A DNA stretch of 63,466 nt, counting the filler, from Bigelowiella natans CCMP2755 (lineage: Eukaryota > Protista > Cercozoa), in assembly GCA_000320545.1 (NCBI GenBank). It is 9 parts of 9 records of this genome, joined end to end, with 100 filler letters (N's around TTAATTAATTAA, not from the genome) between each part and the next. Parts side by side here need not be neighbours in the genome. Positions count along the whole stretch, not along the records: positions 25,954 to 45,240 come from ADNK01001477.1; positions 45,341 to 48,699 come from ADNK01003432.1; positions 48,800 to 51,415 come from ADNK01002842.1; 6 more parts are not named here. The stretch is one strand, 5' to 3'. Numbering within the stretch: position 1 is the stretch's first letter; each line of letters opens with the position of its first letter. Below, in pieces: positions 35,444 to 49,542 of the stretch. Both the position numbers and the translations under genes were made by a program. Below the pieces are notes generated by a model. That model was not told the DNA's origin, made no database searches, and was given only the letters and a program-made list of their open reading frames with translations.

Positions 35444-37115
35444 TTGTGATAAATTCAGGAATATTTCCATCAGAAGAACATCCTTGCTTGAAAATCGACA
35501 AATTTAGGAATATTTACGTCGAAATAACATCGTATCCTTGCTTAGAATTTATGTTATTTCTTGTTACCAACAAGAGAGAGAGGTAGGGAGACCTGCTCAG
35601 TCGCGTCTTTGTCAAATCCATGGCGAATTTCCATTGAAAGCGTGAACCCCTCCTCCTCCTCCTCCTCCTCCTCCTCCTACTACTACTACTGCCCTTTCTT
35701 CTTCCACACCTCTCTTGCCAGTCCCTTCAAGTCTTCGATTTAGCTCGGACATCAAAAGCCCACTGCTTCGTTGACCGTGATGACATTCATTTTTGTCGTT
35801 TGGTGCTGCTGTTGGTGCCGTTTGGGAGCAGCATTGCGTTGAAGGTCAACATTCCATTCGAAAATCAATGGTGAAAAACCTGACGTAGTACCTGCTGGAT
35901 GGAGTCCCCCAGACCGTCAAGGTTGGAGAGGTGGCCGATTTCCCCGTTTTTTCGCGTGCGGTAGCGCGGACACCTGTGACCTCTGCACCAACAAAGTTGT
36001 TCAGCAGACGGCCGCGCTCGCTAGCCCGTGCTGAAGTCCAACTTCACCTCTCATTCTGCAATCAACTCCCATGGGCCCAAGCTGATCAACCCTTCCAAGT
36101 GCCCAGATCCTTCGGGCGGTCCAAGGTCATCGACGGAATGATTGCAAACATTGTGAACATTGCGACACGGTGATCGACGATGCGTGCACCTGCTAGTAAC
36201 CACGTCGTGTGCGATTGCGCTGCCCGTGCTGGCTAGCTGGTGTGACAGCGTGCACACTAGCACATCACGCAGGACTAGAGGATGTAGGTGTGTTTCGCAC
36301 GTGGTGCTGCAATTGGGTGGTGACATTGATCCTTGCATCGCAGCGCTTCAGCGTGCATGGTGTGGAATGCAAAAAGAACAGCCATGGGATGCAGCTGTGC
36401 CGGCTAGCCGGTGCGTTGTTGCAGCTAATTGGACATTTCATTTTGATCGACGAGCCGTCACGGTACCTCGAGACTGAGCAGGCCGCTAGACTAGTGGAGC
36501 ATTTGAAATGAATTGCAGAGCTAGCTAGCTAGCTCTGAGCTAGCTAGAGCTAGAAAGTCAAAATGAAGTGCTGTCTCACTGTTCAACAGATTTTGTGTGC
36601 GCATGCTAGCATGGACAATCTGCTCGGGTAAAATAAAGAGCTAGAGAATCCTAGAGCCAAAGCAAATGGGTAGCGTTCGGTGGTCCTCACATCATAACAT
36701 GCTAGCATGTGGTCTGATTGCGCAACAAAGCTCATTTGCAGCTACCGCGCGGCCAGATATAGACAATCTATAAATCACATGCGCAATATCTAGTAGATGT
36801 GAGTTGTAAATTTCGCACACATGCACATGTAAGACTATTGTTGATCGCATTGTTAGGTTTGACATGTTGATGCATACATGTATAGCTTTGAATGGAAATT
36901 TGAGCACACATATGCAAACCGTGAATAAGCCTACTGATCACCTACCAAAACACCGCCGCTCCACTTACTACAACTGCCACGGCAATTACCCTCTACATGT
37001 GAAATTATAACTAAATATGAATATATGCATAAATATTCGATTGCTTGTTGTTTTTTAAGAGTATTCGTTAAATCTCTTCAGAGTAAATTATCCTTCCGAC
37101 AAGCAGAAAACCCCA

Positions 37116-37317
37116 TTACGCCCTTTGGTGATCATTTTTCTTTGCCTTCGCACTCTAAGCAGCAGTAGAAAGATAGTAGAAGTAAAGCACGACGAACAGA
37201 TTTTTAGTGCAAAAAGAATGCAAAATATTGCCTTGGCAAATGGATGTTTTCAACAGTGCAACGAGAGATTCACGTAAAGCAGCAGAGCGAGGAATAATGG
37301 GAGAAAGAAAGACAGAG

Positions 37318-37368
<51 letters not shown>

Positions 37369-39648
37369 AGAAGAAGTAGAAAAGATAAGGGGTAAAAAGG
37401 TGACTGCACATTTGTAAACAAAGACAAGGAAATACGACCCACACTGACTAAATATGATGTGACTGCTGCTATATTTATAACCTCTGCGCGACGAAATTTT
37501 TGGAACATAGCGAAGGCGATCAAGAGGACACCTTACAAACCCAAACCACAAGATATATACTTAAATATAATACTTAAATAATACTCACCTAGTGTTCGTA
37601 ACGCAAGTTGTGGAAATGTTAATAATTCAATTAATGAAACTATATGCGGCGTCGTGTACTTGCATGTTTGTTTGCGCATATGCGTATGGGTGCGAGTATG
37701 TTCTATATATTTCTAAAATATACCATATCCTGCAAATTGCCTTCCAGTGACGACCTCTCCAAAAAACATCATATTGACGATAACTAAACATGCATTGCGC
37801 ACAACCGCCAGCACCTGAATGAACATCCAACAATTCGATGATTTGCATAGGTTAATCGTCTGCATGTTTTCTTCTGATGTTGATAAGCTCATGGAGATCC
37901 CTTCTTCCACTCACATAATATTATTCACATAGTAATACCTTGAGAGTGACGGAGTTAGTGATCTTGATGACCAGCGTATTCACGATGTTGACCGCAAATC
38001 TGTTTCACACAAGAGCAAATGAGCAACACCAGAAAGTACTACTGCCACACGACTACACAATGCAAAGCAATTTACTTACTATCACTAAGATATTCAAAAA
38101 AATGCCGTGCGTGCATGTACCCAAGGAAGGCTTGGAGAAGGAAGATGTGAAAGTTGTCATACACCCGAGTCAATGCCCTAATAAAAGCATACTAGTCAGT
38201 ACAAGGAGAGAGGGGGGGGGGGGGTGGCTGCTTAAGACGCGCAATAAATTTTTGTAAATAAATTGAATTCGTAGCATGGGGATGGGTATTCCAGTGTACA
38301 GATGTTATTGATGCTCTCCGAACTAATCAACAAACACCCGGTTTCATAGATCTTATTAGCCTCCATGAACAAGGCCGCAACGAGGAGAGTCAATGCAGCA
38401 CACGGAGCACGGTAGTACTGCAGCTCAATGGCCTTGAACTTTAGCCTTTTCACGAAACGTTGCATCAGCACGAGACGTATGGCTTCGGAGACCTGCAGAT
38501 GGCGAATGAACGCCGCCGGTATATCAGGCGCCTCAGATGATGAAAAATAACCGACCCGCTGCGGCCGATGGAGAATGTGCTTGCTGCATGCATGTCGTAG
38601 TATTTACCTGCGCACCGAAGATGAGCGCCACGCCGATCACCGAGAAATTAACTTCTCCCGCCGCGGTGACGCACATGCCCATACACATTGCCAGGACGGA
38701 GAGGGTTACCTTCCGCGAAGGGGTCTCAACGCCCATAACGAAGAGCATAAACAGTGTGATAGCAGGGGCAAAAGCTTTGAACATCTGATGTAAGCATCAC
38801 ATGTAAGATCGGTTAACTGACGGGCGACACGTGCATAGCATCCTGAAGACATGTTCATTCGTTATTTGATTCGTTCGTCTTTTTGTAGGGTAGCATGCAA
38901 ATAGTAACGAATAGAAGCAGGAAGGTAATAGCACCTGGATAAAGGAGACTGTGACGTAGAGGAAGGCCTTCATGCCCAGAATCATCTTGAAGGCCTGATG
39001 AACCACCAACCACCAGATATGCGATTATAACCATTGAGGAACAAACGATTCGTTTCTTTGGGTTTCAGCATCATCGTTCCTCTTGCCACCCGACCCCTCT
39101 CACACCCTCTTTCCCTCATACATTAGCTGGTGGTCAGATATACAGTAGTTTATCAGTATTCACAGGGGGATATCCACACACCATGAGAGCTCCGATAGGG
39201 AAGATCTGGAAAAGGAACAGCCTCCATGTGATCTTGTCTTTGTTGGGCATTTCAGCCCCTGCGACGTGCACCGTCGCCATTGTAATAAGGGTGCCTGCAA
39301 ACTGGCTCCACAGGGACAACGTCATCGGAAACTTGAAACCTATATCCTTCACCAAGTGCTTGTTACACATGATCAATGCCGGACCGCACACGAGGTAGCT
39401 GGATCATTTATCAAGTGCAGAAGAAGATCAGGAAACATCACGAAAAACTGCCAGGCAATAAAGAACAGAGAAATGTAAACATAGGATTCCAATGGTGCAG
39501 TTTGTTGCCACTGTTCTCATCATCACATACAGGGAGAAGTAGATGATAATCTTCGAGTATTTTCGAGCGCTGGGAGGAAGCTAAGTAAAATATAGTACCG
39601 TCACAGTCATACAACGGACATACAACACACGCAGCATATATATTCCAT

Positions 39649-39689
<41 letters not shown>

Positions 39690-40083
39690 CCCTTCAGGTC
39701 TCTTTTCCCGTCCTTTTCATTTCTCTTTCTCTTTTATCCTTTGTACTACTCCTTCTGCCTCTCACTTTCGCAAAGTATGTGAACAATTACCAGTTCCAGC
39801 AAGTCGAACGGTGTCTCTTCCACACATGAAGCGACATCCTTCTTGTTCTCTGTTAGTAGTGGTAGTAGCGGCAGCAGTAGTAGATTTAGTAATGCGAGTA
39901 TTAGTCTCCATCGAAGGGGGGAGAGGATATGGTTTGTTTCTTCGTGGGGTTTACTATTATCCTGAGGCATCATCATGATCAGCTCGATGTCTGAGCACGC
40001 GGCAGCTTCCCACATGCCGGTGTCCATAGTCGACGTATATGCCTGTTTGAAACGACACGGGAGAGATTTCCTAATCAGTGGCA

Positions 40084-40124
<41 letters not shown>

Positions 40125-40206
40125 ACATACATAAATTCAAATAAGGCAATAGAGAGATATTCATCACTTACTAAAAGGGGGGACATACCAAGGTGGTGGT
40201 GGCCAT
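37116..40206 (-). CDS. Triose-phosphate transporter / SLC35-type nucleotide-sugar transporter family protein
   Basis: LIMCNKHLVKDIGFKFPMTLS, FLYVTVSFIQ|MFKAFAP, GEVNFSVIGV...SEAIRLVLMQ, AFLG|FAVN...VIKITNSVTLK|VLAVVRN, FFGEVVTGRQFAGY. Start and last exons are tentative. Confidence 0.88.
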
Positions 40207-40855
40207 CGCTGGGTCCCCAGAGCGTGAGCCTTCGGATTATGCCGATTGTGTTCAGATCTAATCTCTTACAACAAGAGACAAAGGATCTCAAATGCAGGAT
40301 ATTTCACCGAGAACACATCATGTTTTATTGTCGCCAGTGTTTCAACGAGCATTATTTTCGCTTCGGGTAGCAACGACTCGATTTGAAAACAACAGACCTT
40401 TTCTTGGGTGGTTTAGCAGCATGTTGCAGGCTGTTTGTGGGTGTTTTCGTACTTCTCAACGATGCCGTCGGTATTCCAAGTTCGCAGCTCAAAAAGAAGG
40501 GAAAACCAATTCGTATTGTAGCAATGCGAAGTTCGATGTTCGATGTTCGATGTTCCCTTTCTCCTTCGAGAAATCCCATTCCCGTAACAAAGGAAATCCT
40601 AAAATCCTGAAATCCTGTGCTTTCTCTCCTGCGACAAAGCAAACAGATCCTTCGCTCTCATGACAGGAAAGAAGGAAGGACTTTGAAAGACACCCCTTGT
40701 GCATCGACCTATCAATTTCCTCTCAATCTCTTATTGCGACAGAAAAATCATGAGAATGAGGCAAAAAATATGATGCAATTTGTTGAAAATGATTCCGAAT
40801 TTGAAGCAGATAAAACTTAGGAGTACAAATGTTCGATCGAATCATAGGCTTACCA

Positions 40856-42063
40856 ATGCCTTCCGATCGCTCTCCCTCTGCCATTCCAAAGCTGGCGATC
40901 CTGGCTTTGGCAGTCGCCACCTTACCTCCTTTTATTGATAAGGGTAACTTGGTTATTCTTGCGAGTGCCCAAGATTCTCCACAGGACCCTTCCTTCTGTG
41001 TGAGGAACAGGACAGAGGACTACAGCTGCAATTGCTATAGGTGTTGGCCTAATCAAAGAAGGAGCTTACTCGACGATCATTGCTGGTTAACTCTTACTAT
41101 ACATATTTATTTTTACTACGGGCAGATGCTGCGATAAGTGCGATTGTCACGTCAAAGGTCAGCCATTTCCCCTCTTAGCTTGTTTAGTCAGCAGGCAGTA
41201 AGGAAGGTCTGTTGTTTTCTAACATAGGCCGTTTCTGGCACCACTGTAATGGTTGCGGACATTGCTGGTGTTCTCCAGGATGTCACTGTTGCGGTAATAT
41301 CAATAAGGAAGACAACTCACCAATCCTCCGTCGAGCGTGTTATTACCTCATAACGGTGTGTTCTTCGTATCATCGTCGTTCGGTTGCGTGGCAGGTCACG
41401 ATTGCTGCAAGGAATGTTGTCAAACGTGCCACAGAGTAGTCTGCGACTCGTTAATCACTTATCATGTGAGCGGGCTCTCCCCTACCTACGGTCCCGTCAC
41501 TGGCGGGACTGTGGTGCAAGTCTCGGTACCTGATATTCCACCCCTCTCTTCTGTTATATCAATTGCGGATGGCTTTAAGTATGCGGCGGCTATTTATATA
41601 GAATTTTCGTTCCTGATAAATTATATTGAAACCGAGCTGTTAGATCTGTACTCCATCTCCTGTGTCGACCTCAACGATGAATGTACCAACAAATATAGGG
41701 GGGGACATATTCGAACATCGGGAACATAAAATGTAGATTTGGCGCTGTGGAGGTATTCTGCCACTATTCTACCATCCCAACGCCCCCCCCCCCCTTCCCC
41801 CAGATACACACTATATACCCCACAAATAGACTGCGAACATAGGTCATAGACATAACGAAGTGCACATTTAGGTGCCAGGAGAGATGATTAGCGGTGGGGA
41901 GATTCGTTGCACGTCCCCCCCCCAATCAGCCGACACAAGGGATGTCGCTGTGGAGGTAGCAGTCGAAGTTAGCAGCTAGCACACTTACATGGGAAAGGGG
42001 GGGGAGGGGGGGGCATATTGACACCAAGAACATACGTTGCACGCACCACACACACACACTCTT

Positions 42064-42105
<42 letters not shown>

Positions 42106-42551
42106 TCTCTACTAACAACAAGAACAACAATCCACTTTGACCGGCAGATTTCCCTCGACGGTGGCATCCACTACACGTCGAATGGAAAGCAGTTCAAATA
42201 CCACAACTGCCCAGGGGGGGGCACGTGCAATGAAAACGGCGTTTGCCACCCCGATTCGACGTGCACGTGCAATAGAGGCTATTTTGGTACTAGCTGCAGC
42301 TACGAATGCCCGGGAGGAGCTTCCAGCCCCTGTCTTGGCCGCACGGCGAGCAACACGTGCAATTCACAGGGCAATTGTACGTGCCAGAACGGCTACTTCG
42401 GAACCATGTCAGTCGTGCACACATTGTAGTAGTAGTAGTAGTAGTACTAGTAGTAGTAATAGAGCATCATCATAATCATCAGCCAGGAGTGAGTGGTTGT
42501 CAGCCACTGAAGGCATCATTCCGATTATAGCAATCACACACAAAAGACATC

Positions 42552-42592
<41 letters not shown>

Positions 42593-45240
42593 GCTCACAC
42601 AAGCACTCGCATGGCTGCATTGCGCGCAGGTGTGAAAATGAATGCCCTGGCGGCGCTGCCTCCCCATGCAACGGCCAAGGGCGGTGCCTCTCGTCGGGAG
42701 AGTGCCAGTGCAATACGGGGTGGGTGGGCCTTAACTGCACGAGGCAGGGAACCTGTCAAGGCGAAGAATGTCAGTGCTCAGGAGGCTATTGGGGACCGAA
42801 GTAATCAGTACTATTATAGGATGATGGAAAGTCGGCGTAGCGTGTCAGCGTATTTATACCTGTCTATTTTTTCATGTTTGTAAGCCATATCCCTTAGTTG
42901 TATATTTGATTTTTAATGTTTTTGTATATCACTCTGATGATAATCCTCTTCCGTTGTGCTCTCCTAGCTGCCAGAACGAGTGTGTTGGAGGCCATCAGCT
43001 AAACTGCGGAAATGGAACATGCGGGAGGGATGGGAAGTGCTATTGCGAGGTCACGTTAGTCGCGCACAATTCCTATGCATTTTGGGTTTGGTATAGAACT
43101 TCAACCCTCTCCGTGTTGTCGTCCTTCTTGTTGTTTATTATTGTCGATGTTGATGGCGATGATGCTCTTGCTTCGTGCAGTCTTTGTAAGTGCTCTTCAT
43201 TCATCAGACCGGTTATTATGGAGACACGTGTACTGCTATATGCCCCGGAGGTGTGTTTAGATACCAGTACGACACTTACAGTGTTTGTTGTTGTTTCTTC
43301 AAATGGTACTGCTAGAGGCACCGACGATTGCATTGTAGGCCCTCTGAAAGAGAAGGAGTTCTTGATCCATCCTCCTATATCTACTATATAAATATAACTA
43401 TTATCACTATTATTATCATTCTTGTGTAGGGAGAGCTCATCCGTGCAATGGACGAGGAGAACAAGGTGCGGGATTTAGTTGCAGATGGCTCATTTGACAT
43501 GACACGCATAAAGCACCGCCCCCTCCCTTCCCTCCCCCCCCCCCCCCCCCCCACAGGAACGTGCAGTCGCTCGACCGGCACATGCCATTGCCAGGTGAGA
43601 AGAAGAGAATAGGATAGTGATAATAAAAGAGGCAACGCTGATGACGACGACGACGACGAGAATGATGATTTATGAATCGTATATGCACTGCTGACCACGG
43701 CGCATAGAAGGCAAAGATAGAAACCTCCATCAATGACCGGACAATAGACTATGAGTACGGATATCCCTCCCTCCCCCCCCCCTTTCTGCGTATATAAACA
43801 GAACGGCTACTTCGGTAATGCCTGTGAGCACGAGTGCAGCGGGGGAGCGGCCAATCCCTGTAATGCAATGCAAATAGCGAGATGTTCTGCTTATTGGATC
43901 ATGCGTGCTGCTGCTGCTGCTGCTGCTGCTGCTGTGTAGAATGATGTGTACAGGCAGTAGTGGATATCACTCTGTGTGTGATTAAGCCGCTTTTGACCTT
44001 GGGCTGCTATTGAAAGGATGATCTTTGTCTCAAAAATTCTGCGGTTCTCACTTCTATCAATGGAACCCCACCCCCCCCCCCCCCCCCTCTTCTTTCCTCG
44101 TCCTGCTCCTTCGTCTCTTCTGCAGGCAGCGGGCACGGAACATGCAGTCCCATTGACGGGCATTGCATGTGCGACAAAGGTAGGCACCCTCTTCCTCCTC
44201 CTCCTACTCCTCCTCCTTCTTCTTCTTCTTCTTATCATTATCATCAGCAGTACTATCATCATCCTCATCAAATCCAAAGATTCATTCGTTCTACCAATTG
44301 ACTGACATCAGCGTGGTGTTATTGTGATAAAGGCTGGGCAGGTGCAAACTGCAGCATAGAGTGCCCCGGAGGAGCATCTAATCCCTGCAACGGAAGGGGG
44401 ACGTGTGATATTGACACAGGTGATGATAAACGATGACGACGACGATGACGCTGATGACGATGATGATGATGATGATGATGATTGGGCAAGATCGTCGCAG
44501 AGAACAACGATAAATGCAAAAAAGCAAAGTGGGTTATGCATATCCTCGTTTCATCCCCGCCGGTGACATCCTTTAGGGTTGTGCTCCTGTAACAGCACGC
44601 ACTTCTACGGCTCATCGTGCGAGAATGTATGTGACTGCGACGGACGTGGCCTTTGCGATGAGCGAGGCGAGTGTACGTGTGTGAACGGCTACTTTGGAGA
44701 GACCTGCCAAATGGAGGTAGGAGGAGGCGCTTTTGTTTCAGATCATAAACATCTCTCGTCAGTTTCATTATCTTCTTCCCCAACTTTATCCCTACCCCCC
44801 TCGCCCCCCCCCTCCCGTCTTTACCAGCATCGTTGTGATCATAATTTCCTTTTCTTGTTCTTCATCGTGTTTTTTTGGTACGTGCGGCTGCTGTTGGTGC
44901 TTTGATGTATGGCATGATATAGTGTCCAAGCTACAACGGAGTACCCTGTAGCAATCACGGCGTGTGCGTATATGGATATCCGCCCTCCTGCTCGTGTAAC
45001 AGCGGATGGTGAATACTATTATATTTATCGTTTTAATCATTGTTATTGATGCTATATAATGCTTTGGTTACTACTCATACTGTGGTGGCACACCAAGAAG
45101 GAAATATTCGCATGTATCTATGTGAGTCCATGATTCGAGTTGACTGTCAGCAAATGCTGATGTATCATCCCCCATCATACCATCCATCGTCACACGCATC
45201 GTTACCATGCATGTTGTCCCCCCCCCCCCCAGCTTGATTC
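40856..45240 (+). CDS. Secreted or cell-surface protein: signal peptide, Cys/His-rich domain, IPT/TIG domain and at least 8 EGF-like repeats; 3'-truncated
   Basis: Leader PKLAILALAVATL...VILASAQ. IPT motifs VSGLSPTYGPVTGGTVVQVS and ISLDGGIHYTSNGKQFKY. Repeated ECPGGAxxPCNGxGxC...CxCxxGYFGxxC units lie across many phase-matched exons up to about 44970. Confidence 0.88.
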
Positions 45241-45340
45241 NNNNNNNNNNNNNNNNNNNNNNNNNNNNNNNNNNNNNNNNNNNNTTAATTAATTAANNNN
45301 NNNNNNNNNNNNNNNNNNNNNNNNNNNNNNNNNNNNNNNN
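45241..45340. other. Artificial contig spacer
   Basis: N44-TTAATTAATTAA-N44. Confidence 0.98.
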
Positions 45341-45944
45341 GTGTGTGTGTGTGTTTGCTGGCTGGCTTTAAGGGGGATGAAAAGCGGGGTGCTTTAGAAC
45401 GTATTCATGAAGAGGCCTCGAGAAAGATGCAAGGGTAGGGACTATAGTGGGGGAGGCGCACAGGTGGGGGTGGGGGGGGGGAGGGGGCGGAATCTAGGGA
45501 TATGTGTTGCGAAATTATGCGCTGATTTTACACCAACTCTTTCATCTGAGTTTGCTGCTGCTGTCGGTTGGGATCATCATCATCACATATTCACTATCAT
45601 CATCGGTATAAACTTAGAGTGTTGGCATCTTCTAGTAGGCCGAGGCGCGCTCAATTACCAACTAAGAGCGAGAGGAAGGGGGAGAGGAAAAGGAAGGCTG
45701 CCACCACCAAGTGGGAATAGATGCGCTCACCTGATCACATACAACACAGCACAGTGAGGGGGGGGGGTGAGAGATGTCCATTAAGCATGCGGACATACAC
45801 AACCACCGCGCAAACATGCGCACGAGCACACGCATACATATCTACGCATTTATGCATATACAGATTCAGAGTAAAGCCCCTTATCTGACAATGCTTTGCC
45901 GCGAAAAAGCTCATATCCCCAGCACCTTTGTTCCCCCAAAGACA

Positions 45945-45981
<37 letters not shown>

Positions 45982-46119
45982 AAGGGGCAGTCGCTGCTCA
46001 ACTTACATGGCTTGGTTGATGTTCCGTGGAAGATAGGGCTACCAGGGTCGCGCATTAGCTTCAACCTGTACACACGCAGCAGACGACGATCGCACATCGC
46101 CACGACGACAAAGCTCTAT

Positions 46120-46167
46120 GAAGATAAAACGCCACGAAGATGAAACGCCGGGAAGATAAAACGCGAA
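46120..46167. repeat. Three imperfect 16-bp tandem units GAAGAT(A/G)AAACGC...
   Basis: gaagataaaacgccac / gaagatgaaacgccgg / gaagataaaacgcgaa. Confidence 0.8.
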
Positions 46168-46430
46168 CCCGAAAACAAACATGACAGACGCCCCGGGCAG
46201 TGTCACAATAGACTGCACCTGTCGCCCATTTTATCGGCGTAACGAGCCGCGACCGAGACTAATGCCTTCTCCCTTCTACCTCCGTGGTAATCTGATGATG
46301 ATGAGCGCGGAAAATGAGCGAAGGAAAAGGAGGGGGGGGCGCTGAATGCGCGTCACTGAATATAGCAATTCTCGCGGACGCTGATTCTCCTCTCCTTGCC
46401 CCCCTCCCCTCTCCAAAGCTTTGCGACATT

Positions 46431-47160
46431 TTTCATTAGGATATCGCTTAACGCAGGCACCGTTTAGGAAGTAGTTGGAGAGGTCCACGCTCTTGATCTG
46501 CTCAGACAGCAGCGAAGATCCTGAGGAGCTGCGTGCGTATGTTCGCTTGTTGAAGGTGCTAGTCTGCTGCCTCATTGGGGTGGGGGCGGAGGATCCCATT
46601 ATAAAACTCAGCGCTGAAATCGAGGCCTGGGATGAGCAAGTTAAAGCGTGTGAGTATTTATGTGTGTAGGTGTGCGTGTGTGTGCGTGTGTTTGTGTGTG
46701 TAAGGAAATGGTTGGTGCTCATGAGGACTAATGACGACGATGAAGATGAAGATTGCTCTGGTTACGATATAGCGATGAAGGCGCTGCTACCCACCTTGAG
46801 GCTCTGCATAGCTAACAAGCTCTTCTCCGTCTCTGAAGTGACCGCGATATTCTTCTCATCGAGTAAAACCTTCTTTCGTGTGGCCTATATATGTACAATT
46901 TTCTGTTATGTCCGAATAATGTAGATTGCTGATTGCCTTTTGCCTGGAATTCAATGAATTTGCGAAAATATGTAAAATGGCAGGCGGCCGCTCAAACGCG
47001 ACCAGGGAGCTTGTCAGCTTACCATGTCCCATCCCATCTCATTCCCGGTCCGAATGCGGTCGGAGGAGAGGCTTTTCATCAGCTGGTATGGGTGCACGGA
47101 TAACCTACGCACACGTGCAATGCAATGGAATGCATGCAAGAAGAATCATCACGTACTCAA

Positions 47161-47197
<37 letters not shown>

Positions 47198-47760
47198 AAT
47201 GTTGCTTTCCCTCCTCCCCTCCTTCTGTCGTTCCCATCGGAACGTAATGTCCTGGTCTACCCCTAAATAACGCCCATCTCTCCGTCGCCAAAGCAATGTG
47301 TTTTTGCTGCGTAGGAGATGGGGAGGAGGAAGAGAGGACAAGCAGCGAGAGGGGGGGGGGGGAGAGGACAAGGATAGGGAGGGATTTGGGATATTGTAGG
47401 GTAGGAAAAAGAAATAAAGTAATGCTTAACGAGCACAATGATGCTAAAGGCTTGTGGGGACGACCGACGATTGAAGATATACAATGACATCTTCACTTCC
47501 CTCCCCCCCCCCCCCGAATTTCCTAACGCCCTTCCTCTGCACGAACCCTTTGAGCCTCCAACGCCAACCACCAGCGTACCACATCCACGACCTATTTGCC
47601 ACGGATAATGACGACATGGAAAGTTGAGGAAAGGGGGGGGGAGAGAAAGGGATAGGCAGTGTGTGTAGGAGGAGCAACTCTACATGTGTCTTTCGAATCA
47701 AGGAATCCGAGTTTATGCTTCTACAAGGTATGTTGATATGTATCTTTATGGAAAACTCTC

Positions 47761-47838
<78 letters not shown>

Positions 47839-48027
47839 AAGTACTCTGAATAGTGCACACGCAAAACATACCCGCTGTGCGTAGGACTGCCACCACCCTT
47901 TCCCTGCGAGCTCGTGAAAGACCCTGCAGCAAGGAGATAGGCAGATAAAGCATCATCGTATACCCCCAACCAGAAAGCTTCGTTCAATATGGACACGTGC
48001 ACATGCATATGCAAATCTGTACTCTAT

Positions 48028-48065
<38 letters not shown>

Positions 48066-48575
48066 GTAGAAATATTCAATGACGACCATTCTCATGGTTC
48101 TTCCTTGCATACAAATGCAGCAGCTGCCCGGAACTGAGAATCATTCCTAAGTACCCAATGAAAAGAAAAGAGCACAGCTTAGCCCCACTCACAACACGCG
48201 CGCGCGCGCGCACACACACACACACACACACGTACGCACACGCTCGCACGATCGCACGATCGCACGCATCATGGTCGCCCCCCCACCTCTAGGTGTGATC
48301 TTGAAGGACTTGATCTGCCTTTGCAGGGGGGAGCAGTCGCTGTTCTTCGGAAGGACCCACGACCTTTGTTTTCAAGCAAAAAACAGTCAAATCAACCCGT
48401 CGGGGGCAAAGCTCGTCGCAGGTAGTTGAAGTAGGAGCAGTAGCAGTAGTAGCAGCTGTGGTCGTATGATAGCAGAAGCGGTTGCGCAAGGATTTATATC
48501 TACCCCTTGAGCTCCACCATGGCTTGGCCGTCCGCAAGCACGTAGTTGTCTTCGTCATCCGTGTCCCAGTAGGCC
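46431..48575 (-). CDS. Multi-exon gene of unknown function (partial)
   Basis: Good minus-strand splice sites and joined frames: SQAYWDTDDEDNYVLADGQAMVELK|GSWVLPKN...|GMILSSGQLLHLYARK, and LMKSLSSDRIRTGNEMGWDM|VLLDEKNIAV...QSLK|ASISALSF...VDLSNYFLNGAC. No family recognised. Confidence 0.5.
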
Positions 48576-48699
48576 TGGGAACTGAGAAATAGAGGGAGGG
48601 GGGGGGAGGGAGAAGGGGGGGGGGGGGGGGGGCTGGGGCATGAACCCCAACACCCCCAATTTTCAAGGATAAAAGATTTTCCATCTTAATCAATATTAA

Positions 48700-48799
48700 N
48701 NNNNNNNNNNNNNNNNNNNNNNNNNNNNNNNNNNNNNNNNNNNTTAATTAATTAANNNNNNNNNNNNNNNNNNNNNNNNNNNNNNNNNNNNNNNNNNNN
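48700..48799. other. Artificial contig spacer
   Basis: N44-TTAATTAATTAA-N44. Confidence 0.98.
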
Positions 48800-48986
48800 T
48801 CATCACTAGCGCAAACCCGCACGGGTGATTGCGATATATTTGGAAATTCTATCCGAGAACGAATAGTATCACGGCGTGGAAACACCAACAATCACTGAGT
48901 CAGCACATTAAATCACATCTATTTCACTCAAAAAATGCCAGATTTCCCAGATAGAAGTAAGGTTTCTTGTTTGATCCGCTTTCCCA

Positions 48987-49054
<68 letters not shown>

Positions 49055-49107
49055 CACACGCACACTGATAATCACCTGAATAATGTCTAAATTGTGTGAT
49101 CCCTCAG

Positions 49108-49394
49108 GCTTCTGGAAAACTACGACAAAGTTCCTTTCGGGGAGGACCATGTGCTTCCCATTTATTTCTTTTTTGAGAGCAGCAAAAACACGCAGTGTGA
49201 GCATAGTGGAGAACCCGAGGCGAGTGCCCCCACCACGCACACAAACTCACCACTTTTTGTGCAAAAATCAGGCGCTAAGCTTCGGGGTTGGGGCCATGAT
49301 GTCAGGTATGGTGGTAGTAGGGAAAGCCTCTTCAATGAATGAATATCTTACGTGTGTTGTTGCATGGTAATACATTCATACATATATGTGTTAA

Positions 49395-49437
<43 letters not shown>

Positions 49438-49506
49438 TATATGTATACTCACAGGAGTTCCGTTTCACTTCCATGGGCCTGGTAGCAATGCATTATTATT
49501 TTAAGC

Positions 49507-49542
<36 letters not shown>

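Noticed and set aside
35009-35507. Two plus-strand ORFs resembling a frameshifted gene
   Set aside because: Antisense to the first three exons of the SET gene, whose phases and leader are self-consistent.
35750-36170. GC-rich coding-like segment
   Set aside because: Several frames are plausible, but there is no supported start, splice model or motif.
40529-40558. (GTTCGAT)n resembling a tRNA T-loop or B-box
   Set aside because: A simple 7-bp tandem repeat with no cloverleaf or A-box context.
46475-46924. Plus-strand ORFs that look helical and coding
   Set aside because: The minus strand has stronger donors (GTAAGC, GTGGGT) and phase-matched joins.
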